Part shown: positions 10,023 to 19,224 of the stretch, one piece after another
Layout of the letters: each line of letters begins with the position of its first letter
Position numbering within the stretch: position 1 is the first letter of the stretch
Source of the DNA: an uncultured Clostridia bacterium
GTDB lineage: Bacteria > Bacillota > Clostridia > Christensenellales > Borkfalkiaceae
Direction: 5' to 3'
Assembly (NCBI GenBank): GCA_944367535.1
Contig: CALVWQ010000008.1
Location: 6,685-70,684 of the forward strand
DNA length: 64,000 bases
Translations under genes and position numbers: made by a program
The notes under the pieces: generated by a model
Databases searched by the model: none
Told to the model about the DNA's origin: nothing
Seen by the model: the letters and a program-made list of their open reading frames with translations, nothing else

Positions 10023-11381
10023 CTATTTTTTCAAACCTTCCAGAATTTCAAGTCCCTTTTCGATAATGAGTTCGGCGACGCCGGCTTTGAACGAGGAACT
10101 TCTCGCCTCATAACCGCCTTCGTCATAGGAATCTTTCATAGGGAAATATCCGTCGCTCGAATTTGTCAGACAGCAGGGAAGCACCATTTTCCAGCCTTTC
10201 GCCTTTTTCAGTTCTACCCCTATGGGCGTGAAAGGCTCGCCAGGTATACCGAAGAACACCGCATCGCCTATCGCAACGGCACTGAAAAGAAGCGGAAAGA
10301 ATTCGGGACCTTTTTCTAATTTTATCATGCGTTCCGCCTCCGCCACTACAGTGGTCAGCATCATGCCCTTAAACGGAATAAGTTCGTCTTTACCCTCTCT
10401 GTGCAACTTCTCTATTTCGTAAGCCTTTTCCATATCCTTGGGGTCCGGCATGTTTGAGGGAATATTCACAACCTTCTGAATATATTTTATTTTATCTACG
10501 GGCACATACTCTACTTTATCGTAGACCTGCAAAACGGAAGCCGCCATGACGTTGCCGAGATGTCTTGCGTGTCCGTATCCTCTCGAAACGTCGTCGAAAT
10601 CCATAAACATATCGTTCAAACTCCGCCTTTCGGATGTACGTTCACGTGGTTTACGTCCCCCTGTGCGCCGTTGAAGAACACGCATTTAGTATTGTCGAGA
10701 GCTTTCTCGACCGTTCTTCTGGTAAATCCGGGCCAGTCCGCGGATATGAGATTGCCGCCCACCGTGTCAGGATGATTGTCGAAATTGACAAGTACGACGG
10801 TATCGGCGTTCTCCCTGTCAATTCTTATTACGTTTACTCTTTCGTCGACTATGCCTATAGGTTCTTTAATATCGGGATTGTTCACCCCGGGATTAGTCTT
10901 TATCGAGCCGTCTTTCATCAAAAAGCGTCTTAAAAACGCCACGTCTTCAGCCTTTCCGATGCCTAAACCCATTCTCGCGGGTTTAAGGTCTCCTACCGCC
11001 ATGACGGCGGCGTCCGTCATTCTGCGCATGACGAAAGAATAATATTCTTTCTGCAAATCGCTCTCGGCTTTTTCTGGTGCGCACAGATCGGGACCAGTGT
11101 GAGTATGTGTCGCGTGAATAAACACCGCTTCGGGAGAGATACCCGTCGCCTCGGCTATTTTTTTGTCTGTAAACGCCGAGCACGTCGCCCGCCACACCGA
11201 CGTTGTCTATGGTCGCGAGCAGCGCGGTAGCGCCGTCCTTTTGCAGCGCGACCGCGTTTATTTCAAGCGTGTCTAACACACCTTCGAAATAGCGCGGTTT
11301 AAAATATCCCGAAACGGCTATTCCGAGCATCGGCGTAACGTCTACGCGGGAAAACCCCGCATAAAAATCATATTTTATCAT
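10023..11381 (-). pseudogene. Neutral/alkaline ceramidase-like hydrolase, split into three frames by two 1-nt indels
   Basis: Track ORFs 10983..11381, 10616..11197 and 10023..10685 overlap in different frames. Together they read as one ~452-aa protein: FSRVDVTPMLGIAVSGYF..., ...IAEATGISPEAVFIHATHTHTGP..., ...GIPGEPFTPIGVELKK.... Frame switch 1 is at the A7 run (T7 on the plus strand, 11158-11164). Frame switch 2 is near 10616-10625 (short T/A run). Confidence 0.75.
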
Positions 11382-11416
11382 TTTAACCTCCGCACGAAAA
11401 CTTCAACTTCGGTTAA

Positions 11417-12371
11417 TCAGTATCCGACCTTTTCCCAGCACTCGAACGGAGCCGCTATTTCTTCACTGACATACACCTGAGTTTTCATGAGTTGCAACAT
11501 AGAACTCGGAATGAGCGGAGAAACCGGTCCGTGAAGAACGAGTCTTGATGTCATTCTCTGCCACGACGAGAAAGTGTTGTTGGTAAGAAGCGCGTGAACT
11601 TCTATCCTCTCTCTCGCGTTCTTGACGTCGACAGGTCCTATCGTCGCAGCTTTGGGCGGGACGTCCGCAATATATCCGGACTGTCCGAACACGCCGTGAA
11701 GCGAGTTCTGCGCAACGGTAAGCGGATGCAGCGTAACGATTCTCGCTTTCATGGAGAGATATTCGTCCATGCTGTCCGTCATAAACTCGCTGACGGGGTC
11801 TATAAAAGCCATATGTCCCGTCCAGCCTGGCGAGGAAGAACAGATATCCGCGCCGCCCTCCGCAGTCGGTTATCATGTCAGAATAAGAATTGATGTTCTT
11901 GTTAGTGGGATAATGCACGTTCGAAAGCGGCATTCTGAGTTTTTCGTCTATTTCGTATACGAGATATTTGAGCATGGAATGAGCAAATCCCGCCTTATAT
12001 GTCCCGGGCGCGATGTTGCCGTTTTCGTCCGCCCATTCGTCCATCGCGAAAATGTGCACGTTTCTGCAATCCACCTTGAAATAGTTTATAAGCTGCGCGA
12101 GCGGAATATATGTTTCGGGCTCGGGGTTTCCGAGAATAAGGGTTATTTTCTTACTTTTTTCGGAAGCCTCCTTTATTCTCGAAAACAATGTCGCGATAAG
12201 CACGGGATGCGGATTCATCATGACCTTGATATTGAAGTCGGGATTGGGATGTTTTTCCAAATCTTTTCCGCTTATCTTTCTAAGTTTTTCGCAGAGTTCC
12301 CTGTCTTTAAAGGGCACAAAATCTGCCGGTGTGAATTTGAAATCCGTTGCGGGTTCAAAAATTTTGCTCAT
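11417..12371 (-). pseudogene. Glucosamine-6-phosphate deaminase/isomerase-like (NagB superfamily), one frameshift
   Basis: ORF 11463..12371 is sensible up to ...SDMITDCGG and then turns to low-complexity garbage. The shifted frame (joining ORF 11417..11812) reads GADICSSSPGWTGHMAFIDPVSEF..., which is the NagB-type G-x-x-GH-x-AF-x-P block. The switch is at the GGG run (ccc at 11856-11858). Confidence 0.7.
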
Positions 12372-13462
12372 ATTGATTCTCCTCTGAATATTACTTTTTT
12401 TATGTTGAATTTATCGTCGACCATAATAATATCGGCGTAATTTCCTTCTCTGATTGACCCCTGTTTTTTAAGACCCAGCACTTCCGACGGGTTCAATGAC
12501 GCGAACTTAAACGCATCGACGACCGAACAGCCCGTATGCACCATAAAATTGGCGCAGGCAATATCGAGAGTAAGTCCCGACCCCGCTATTTCGCCCGCGA
12601 AATCAAAATGAATATCCGTAGCATCCTCGTATCCCGCGGGCACGGGTCCGTCGCACACGAACTGGTCTGATATAAGGATAATCCTGTCGTCACCCTTTAT
12701 TCTGCGCACAAGCCGCTGCATATACGGGTCTACATGCAATCCCATTTTAACGGTTATAATTTACCGCCTCGTCCACGCAAACGCCTCTGCACTCGGAATA
12801 TTTGAAAATCGTACCCGTGGCGTTTGTGTGATGCGTACCTATTTTAAGACCGTAAGGAATATATTTTTCCACCTGTTGCGGCGTAGCTTCGCTGTGCGCC
12901 ACTGCAAACACCGCATTATCCGTCGCCGCGCATACATCCTTTACGAACTGTTCAATCCCCTCTCTTTCGGGAGAAATGCACCACACGCGCGTATACTCTT
13001 TAACTTTTTCTATTATTTCGGCATAATCTTTTCTGTCTATTTTTCCCTTCCAGGTATTTTTCTCCCTGTCGCAGCCGAAATTGGGATTAAGATGTGGCCC
13101 TTCCATATAAAAGCCCAAAAAATTAGCAAAATCCCCGCGGCGGTACGCATTTAAAATAGCGTCCGCCGCGGCGAGATACTGTTCCTTTGTCAGATTATAG
13201 TAAAGCGCGGGCAATACGCCCGTAACCCCATGCGAAAGCATATACCGCGAAGTTTCTGCGGGGTATTCAAAAAGCCACTTATTGTCGGCGGCATGCGTAT
13301 GAATATCTATAAGCCCGGGGCCAGTATAAAGTCCTTCCGCGTCGATTTTTTCCGCATCGACGGGCACACATACGTCTTTTGCCCGTCCTCGATTAAAACC
13401 GTCCCCGACGGAATAAGATGATCTCTCATGACGAGAGTCGCATTGACAACCGCTTTAAGCAT
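12368..13462 (-). pseudogene. nagA: N-acetylglucosamine-6-phosphate deacetylase-like amidohydrolase, two frameshifts
   Basis: The N-terminal piece from ATG 13462 reads MLKAVVNATLVMRDHLIPSGTVLIEDG. The middle ORF 12747..13367 carries PGLIDIHTH, FYMEGPHLNP, AHSEAT and GTHHTNATG. The last ORF 12368..12745 carries GLHVDP...ILISDQ. The first switch lies between 13368 and 13392 (A4/G3 runs). The second must lie between 12750 and 12760, bracketed by stops in both frames. The first and last pieces share one frame. Confidence 0.75.
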
Positions 13463-13566
13463 TTTTAGTGTCCCTTTCCGTTAGATTTTTTGCCGCATTT
13501 TACGACTTCAATAAAATTTTATATGAAAGTTTCAAGACATATCAAGAAAAATTTTGAGAACAGAAT

Positions 13567-14670
13567 TTATATTTTTGCCTCTATACCTTTTATTTTGTAC
13601 TGTCCGTTCTCGCAATACCAGAAAACTATTAAAATGTTACCGTTTTTAAGAACAGTGGCGGAAGGCTGGCCGAATTTTAAGTATGCAAAAATATCAGCCA
13701 TATTTCCGTCTTTAACAAGCGGAGACTGAGGTTCCCACACGAGAGTTTGGTCTTCGATGTTCCACTTCCCGTCCGCAAGATTCACGGTATATGCGTAACC
13801 CCCCGGCCTTTTGGCGTTTTTTCTGAGAGAATGGAGTGCCAACAGCCTGCTCCCTTTAAGAGCGCAAAGCGACGAAGCCTGACCGCCTATACCCGTATCT
13901 GCGGGCTTTGTGAATGTCTTGCCGTCGTCATAAGAAACCGTGAAATGATTGTTTTTCGATGCACCCGTCAACGTATCTTCATTCCAGCCTATAACCACGA
14001 TTTCACCCGTTTCCAACTGGCAGAGCCGCTGTTCGTAACAAGTAGTAGCATCGCCCTCGAACTCCATACATACGGAGTCGTCGTTCCATGTCTTGCCCTC
14101 GTCTTCCGACACGAGAAGTCGTCCGCACATTCTCTCTTTCATGCTTCCGTCCCAGGAAGGAAACCCCGTAATCGGCGTAACCCATTTTCCGCTTTTAAGC
14201 ACGGTTAAAGGAGCTGACGCTTCCGTGCCGTTATCGAAACGAGTCTTAACCCTGTTGTATCCGTCCCACGTCTTGCCGCCGTCGTGCGAGCGCGTGAAAA
14301 AGACAAAATCGTCGAGCAGTCCTCCCGTCTCGGGATTCCCTATGGGCAGAGCGGGGTCAGGTCTCGGATAAGCGTACCCGAAACAAATATATTCGTCATT
14401 TTTAAGGTGAGTTATCTTACAGGTATCGGTAAGGGGCGGATTATCGCATTTATTATCGAATATAAGCCGCGGTTCCGACCATGTCGCTCCGACATCCGTA
14501 CTCTCGGAAAGATAGGTCGCGCCGTCAACCGATTCAAACGCCTCGCCTATAATAAAACTGCATATAAGTTTTCCGTCCTCGCTTAAAGCGATATACGGAA
14601 ACGTCGCCTGCCTCGATTTGAGTTGGGGGAGTTTATTGTAAAAAATATCATAACTTTTAAGAATTTTCAT
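13567..14670 (-). CDS. BNR/Asp-box repeat beta-propeller protein (sialidase-like), no signal peptide
   Basis: 367 aa, intact. Four Asp-boxes: STDVGATW, SHDGGKTW, SEDEGKTW, SYDDGKTF. The N-terminus MKILKSYDIFYNKLPQLK is not a signal peptide. Confidence 0.75.
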   Translation of the reverse strand: MKILKSYDIFYNKLPQLKSRQATFPYIALSEDGKLICSFIIGEAFESVDGATYLSESTDVGATWSEPRLIFDNKCDNPPLTDTCKITHLKNDEYICFGYAYPRPDPALPIGNPETGGLLDDFVFFTRSHDGGKTWDGYNRVKTRFDNGTEASAPLTVLKSGKWVTPITGFPSWDGSMKERMCGRLLVSEDEGKTWNDDSVCMEFEGDATTCYEQRLCQLETGEIVVIGWNEDTLTGASKNNHFTVSYDDGKTFTKPADTGIGGQASSLCALKGSRLLALHSLRKNAKRPGGYAYTVNLADGKWNIEDQTLVWEPQSPLVKDGNMADIFAYLKFGQPSATVLKNGNILIVFWYCENGQYKIKGIEAKI

Positions 14671-14768
14671 TTTACACCTCTTAAACCTAATTATTTTTTG
14701 ACGTTATTATTATCGCACTGTATCGCGTAATAAACCTTTCGTTTTTGCCCTTATCCGATTAAAACAGT

Positions 14769-14792
14769 CAATATATTTGAGCAAATATATTG
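14769..14792. promoter_or_regulatory. 24-bp perfect palindrome (candidate operator) upstream of the BNR gene
   Basis: CAATATATTTG-AG-CAAATATATTG with two perfect 11-bp arms, about 100 nt upstream of the ATG at 14670. The related palindrome GCAATATATTGC occurs at 19162-19173. Confidence 0.35.
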
Positions 14793-14916
14793 GGACCGGA
14801 TAAAAATCTACTTAAAAAAACCAACGAAAATAAACGGTTTTTAGTTAAACTTTGTATATTTAGGCGTGCTTTTAAGCCACGACACCGAGAAAAATAAACG
14901 CAAAGAATCTGCAAAA

Positions 14917-15810
14917 CTATATTAAATCGGCAAGACCCGCAGCGTAAAGTTTCTTTTCCATGTTTTTCATATATTCCGCGTCGGGCATTCTTGCGGGGAA
15001 AACGGTATATCCCATATCGTAACCCATGATGCTCATTATAGCTTTCCAGTACGCTATTCCGTAAGGGGAAACCACGGCATCGTCAATTATCACCGCGTTC
15101 ATTCTATCCTGTAATTTTTTGGCGGCCTCCAAGTCCTTATTAAGAAAAGACTCGTATATTTTAACCGCGGTTTTGGGACAAATATTGTAAGTGGTACCGA
15201 TAGCGCCGTCCGCACCCTCGATAAGTCCGCATACAAAAGTCTGGTCGGGTCCGTTTAGCATATTCAGTCTGTCGCCGTAACGCGCGGTTATACGCCCGAA
15301 AGTATAATAGTCGTTTACGGAAAGTTTCAGCCCCGCAATGTTTTCTATGCGTGAAATTTTATCCGCGAACTCGACGAGCGGACAATTAAGCACGGGCGTA
15401 ACATAAGCATAAACGGGATACCTGCTCTTTTTTGCGAGAAATTTGTAATATTCTACCACTTCGTCCGCTTTATAATAACTCGTAAGCGACGGCGGCAGCG
15501 ACGCTATTGCGTCGATTTTAAGAGAATTGGCATGTTCGGCAAGTTCCACGGAATCGGCAAAAACTCCCGCCCCTATATGAGCGACTATCTGTCCCCGTCC
15601 GCCGTTAGCCTCAACAACAGTTTCGAGCATTTCCTTCCTCGTAGAAACTGGAAGAACTGTACATTCTCCCGTATTTCCGCAGACATAGAAGCCTTTCAGA
15701 CCGTTCTGCAACTGATAATCCACAAGTTTTCTGACCGTGTCTTTTTTGACTTTAAGATTTTCGTCGTACACGGAAAATATTGTGCTGTAAACGCCTTTTA
15801 ACAGTTTCAT
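14917..15810 (-). CDS. DapA/NanA-family class I aldolase (N-acetylneuraminate-lyase-like)
   Basis: 297 aa, intact. GNTGE block near the N-terminus and a Schiff-base lysine context IAGLKLS. Length and layout are typical of the DHDPS/NanA family. Confidence 0.75.
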   Translation of the reverse strand: MKLLKGVYSTIFSVYDENLKVKKDTVRKLVDYQLQNGLKGFYVCGNTGECTVLPVSTRKEMLETVVEANGGRGQIVAHIGAGVFADSVELAEHANSLKIDAIASLPPSLTSYYKADEVVEYYKFLAKKSRYPVYAYVTPVLNCPLVEFADKISRIENIAGLKLSVNDYYTFGRITARYGDRLNMLNGPDQTFVCGLIEGADGAIGTTYNICPKTAVKIYESFLNKDLEAAKKLQDRMNAVIIDDAVVSPYGIAYWKAIMSIMGYDMGYTVFPARMPDAEYMKNMEKKLYAAGLADLI

Positions 15811-15909
15811 GTTTCCCTCGTAAATAGATTTTTAATTTATAAATTTTTTGTATCGGTTTTTAATTTGTTTTTTAATATAATAGCGATTTTGAATATATAA
15901 ATATCATAC

Positions 15910-15927
15910 CGCCTCATTTTTGAGGCG
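15910..15927 (-). terminator. Weak terminator candidate
   Basis: cgcctca-tttt-tgaggcg, a 7-bp stem about 100 nt downstream of the stop at 16028. The T tract is not immediately adjacent on the minus strand. Confidence 0.3.
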
Positions 15928-16027
15928 CCGATAACCTTTCAAGCTTCTCACGCACATATTCCGTTTAATTTTGTAAACTCCGACTTTTATGCGCAGCGGT
16001 ATCAGTACTTAATCTCGCCGGCGTACT

Positions 16028-16468
16028 TCAATAGTCCGCCCGTCTTGCAAAAGTCTTGCACTTTGCCTTGTCGCACTCGCGGTAATCGCCCGTTATCTCT
16101 ATGCCGTATTTTTTCGCCACACGGCTGTAAAGCACGTCGCAATGCCCGCAATAATCGTGATAAGGCTGAGTATAAGACATTTCATTCAGCATGCCGCGTG
16201 AAGGACAACCCTTCATGTCTATTTCGAAATAATTGTTTTCCTCGTCAAGCGTCATGGTAAAGTCGCACGCTTCCTCGTTTAGACTCTTGTTCCAATAATT
16301 CCAGCAGCCTTTAAGCCCGTCTTTTTTCAATTCTTCTCCAAGCCTCGGTTCCACATATTTGTCCGAAATGTATTCCCAATACCTGATAACTTCGGCTTTT
16401 CCGCCTTTTTTTTCGAGAAATTTAAATAGTTCGCTGTAAAGCGGTATAAATTCAGTACATGAAATCAT
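16028..16468 (-). CDS. Small Cys-rich protein of unknown function (paralogue of the next gene)
   Basis: 146 aa. Cys-containing blocks: MKGCPSRG, YCGHCDV and ECDKAKCK. Its ATG overlaps the stop of the upstream reading frame (ATGA at 16465-16468). Confidence 0.6.
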   Translation of the reverse strand: MISCTEFIPLYSELFKFLEKKGGKAEVIRYWEYISDKYVEPRLGEELKKDGLKGCWNYWNKSLNEEACDFTMTLDEENNYFEIDMKGCPSRGMLNEMSYTQPYHDYCGHCDVLYSRVAKKYGIEITGDYRECDKAKCKTFARRADY

Positions 16469-16950
16469 TTTGAATTCCTCCCAGTTATCGTCCCGAACGT
16501 AAATTCGGTTTTTCCGTCTTTCTCGTCATAATATTTCACTTCAAAGTCAAGTCCGCACATTTTGGCAAGCGTGCCGTAAACAGTATAAGTCGTTTCCTTA
16601 TACCAACGCGACGGAGTATGCCCCGATGCTTTCATAAAAGTAACCGCGGGGCACTTATCGACGGTAATCGTAAGTACATCGCCGTCGATTCATGCGTGAA
16701 GGTATTGCTCCCATTCCTCTTTTTTATAAATATCCGTAAAATAATTTTTGAGTTCGATTAGTCCTTTTTCGATAACCGCCTGCGCGAGAGGTTTATAAAA
16801 ACTCTCGGCATAGCAAGCGAGGTATTCCTTTACGCCTTCGTCCCCGTAATTCTCGCCTACGAAAGATATCCCTATATCCCCCGAAACGAAAAAATCCCTG
16901 TGCAGGTATTTATTTTCGCCTGCTTTTCTCTCGATAAAGAGTTTAGCCAT
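16465..16950 (-). pseudogene. Paralogue of the small Cys-rich protein, interrupted by an in-frame TGA at 16690-16692
   Basis: ATG at 16950 (MAKLFIERK..., ribosome-binding site AAGGAGAAAT). The frame stays open after the TGA: ...EEWEQYLHA*IDGDVLTITVDKCPAVTFMKASGHTPSRWYKETTYTVYGTLAKMCGLDFEVKYYDEKDGKTEFTF.... It ends in an ATGA overlap with the next gene. There is a gapless 39-residue alignment to the paralogue between the GL.. and ..CP anchors. Confidence 0.55.
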
Positions 16951-16960
16951 ATATTTCTCC

Positions 16961-17710
16961 TTATAAAATTTTTTCCAAACAGCCGAAAAGCTCGGCAGCA
17001 TTCTTATAAAAAATATTTTCCTTGTCAGCTTCGGAAATATCCGCATAATCTATTCGGCCCCGCTGAAAAGCACAAGAATACGTGTCGGTACCGAATAAAA
17101 TTCTGTCGGAACCTATGCTGCTTACCGCAAATTCGATAACGTTGTTTGCGGAACTCGCCGCACCCGACGTGTCGGTATAAATATTTTTATGTCTTGAATT
17201 TTTAATCGCGTTTATCCATTCTTCTCCCCCGAGATGCGCGATTATCAGTTTCATTCGCGGGTAATCGTCCGCAATCTTCGCCGTTTCGGTGATATGGTCG
17301 GGATGCATAAGCACAGGTGCGTCAAGTTCCGCCGCAAAGGAAAATATCTTGTCCGCATAGTCGGTTACCGAATATCCGTGATATACGGAATGAATTTTAA
17401 TTCCTAAAACCTTGTCGCCTTTAAGCATTTTTTCCGCCTGAACGAATGTTTCGTCATTCCGAGGGTCGACAACTACCCACTGATAAAAGAATTCGTCCCG
17501 ATCAACCAAAGAAAAAAGCGCAGAATTGCACTCACATATTTCCTTGTCGGAAATTACCGACGAAAAAGAACTCACCGCGCACGCTCTGATGTTTAATCTT
17601 TTTCGTTCCGACTTTAAAAATTCTGTATCGGCACGATAACAATTGTCGGTTTTCGTATCGAAAACCGAACCGCTGTTGTAATGACAGTGAATGTCTATCG
17701 CAGGTATCAT
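16961..17710 (-). CDS. TIM-barrel metal-dependent amidohydrolase (amidohydrolase-2-like)
   Basis: 249 aa, intact. N-terminal metal motif AIDIHCH. Later blocks: MHPDH, IIAHLGG and LFGTD. Confidence 0.65.
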   Translation of the reverse strand: MIPAIDIHCHYNSGSVFDTKTDNCYRADTEFLKSERKRLNIRACAVSSFSSVISDKEICECNSALFSLVDRDEFFYQWVVVDPRNDETFVQAEKMLKGDKVLGIKIHSVYHGYSVTDYADKIFSFAAELDAPVLMHPDHITETAKIADDYPRMKLIIAHLGGEEWINAIKNSRHKNIYTDTSGAASSANNVIEFAVSSIGSDRILFGTDTYSCAFQRGRIDYADISEADKENIFYKNAAELFGCLEKIL

Positions 17711-17749
17711 TTTTATCTTCTCCCCCTAGTTATCTGCTTTTTATTCTGA

Positions 17750-17779
17750 TTTTACTTTTTTATGTTTTACTTTTTTATG
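17750..17779. repeat. Perfect 2 x 15-bp tandem direct repeat in the divergent promoter region
   Basis: ttttacttttttatg occurs at 17750-17764 and again at 17765-17779. It lies between the amidohydrolase start (17710) and the AraC-type gene start (17991). Confidence 0.8.
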
Positions 17780-17990
17780 CGGCATGCTATTACAACATGA
17801 ATTTTTGCAGCCGATTTTTTTCGAGTTTATCATATCACCTCAATTTTCATATTTCAAGAAATAATAAAGCCAACTTTTATTTTTTTATGTCCGATTTGTA
17901 TACTTTTTTTCGTTTTTTTATATTTTTTATTGATTTTTTCGAACACTAAAATTATAATAAAAAGCATACAGAAAAATTAGGTAATACGAT

Positions 17991-18844
17991 GTGCAAAATT
18001 ATAAAATTCAGACGGGAAACACGATTTTCGAAATAATATTTCAAGCCCCTTCGGATAACGGAGACAATATAAGCGAATACGCGAAAGACGCCGTAAAACT
18101 GCATTATCACAGCGCATACGAAATATTTTTCGCGATAGGTTCTCCGCTCAATATTTTTACGATAGACGAGGTGCTCGAACTGAAAGACAGTATAGTAATA
18201 ATACCTCCGTTTTTCAACCATTATGCCGTATGTTCGGACAACATTTTCCGCTTTACCTTTCAGTTATGCGATAAAGGTAAGACTGGAGAAAATCTCTTTT
18301 CTTTTCTTAAACATATGCTGAAAGGAAAGAAACCGAAAATCTATCATGCGTCCGCGAAAATAATAAACAATGCGGTTGCGCTTTCGGACGCCTTAAAGTT
18401 CGCCGCTCCGACGGACATATATAAAATTCAGCCGCTTTTCTCTCTTGTGTTTCTTAATATAGCAGACCTCGAAGTGCAAAAAACCGGCGGAGAACACAAA
18501 CGTGACTTCGAAAATTATCAGAGTAACGTAAGCGCGATTGATCGCATAATTTCACTCGAATACAAAAACGATATAAATTTAGGTTATCTCGCCGACAAAT
18601 TACACCTCAGCGAAAGACAGACGGCAAGAATAATAAAAAAGAATTATAATCAATTTTTTCCGTTCTTTTGTTAAACAGGCGGCTTACCGTCGCCGCAATG
18701 CTTCTATCGACCTCTGATATGAAAATATCACAAATTATAGAAAAAACAGGATTTCAGACAAATAATTATTTCTTTTCTACTTTCAGAAAAAAATACGGCG
18801 TAACACCTCTTGCATATCGCCGTGGAGAGAGGGATTATAAATAA
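17991..18844 (+). pseudogene. AraC-family transcriptional regulator, frameshifted inside the HTH domain
   Basis: GTG start at 17991. The track ORF ends ...RIIKKNYNQFFPFFC* at 18674. The other frame from about 18655 reads FSVLLLNRRLTVAAMLLSTSDMKISQIIEKTGFQTNNYFFSTFRKKYGVTPLAYRRGERDYK* (AraC HTH-2), ending at 18844. The switch is at the T6 run 18654-18659. Confidence 0.75.
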
Positions 18845-19161
18845 GAAATTTGTTTATATAACTAGCGTTATTTTTCGTTGATTTTTACCTTACTCACATA
18901 TTTCTGCTATGCGGTTACTCATTTTTTACAAAAAATAATTAAATTTACCGCACAATTAAAGCAACCTATTTCTCTTTATTGTTTTTCACAGCTTTCAATT
19001 CATCTGGTTATTCAAAATTAAAAAACATAAAAATCTCGTCAACTTAAATTCACCTAACGAAAAAATCCGTACCTGATAAAGTCACCCTACTAAAAAACAT
19101 ATACCTGATTTTAATATGTGATAACATATTCAGATGAACATATATACGAATAGAATTATAG

Positions 19162-19173
19162 GCAATATATTGC
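19162..19173. promoter_or_regulatory. 12-bp palindrome in the MBL-hydrolase promoter region
   Basis: GCAATATATTGC sits directly upstream of a TAAAAT -10-like hexamer (19174-19179), about 50 nt before the ATG at 19225. It shares the core CAATATATTG with the 14769-14792 palindrome. Confidence 0.3.
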
Positions 19174-19224
19174 TAAAATTTATTTATTAAAATCTAATTT
19201 TATCTAAAAAGGAAAATGCTAACT

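Noticed and set aside
10023-13462. Programmed ribosomal frameshifting as an explanation for the split ceramidase-, NagB- and NagA-like genes.
   Set aside because: There are five shifts of both signs in three adjacent metabolic genes, with no slippery heptamer plus pseudoknot context. Indels in short homopolymers, either mutation or consensus error, are the simpler explanation.
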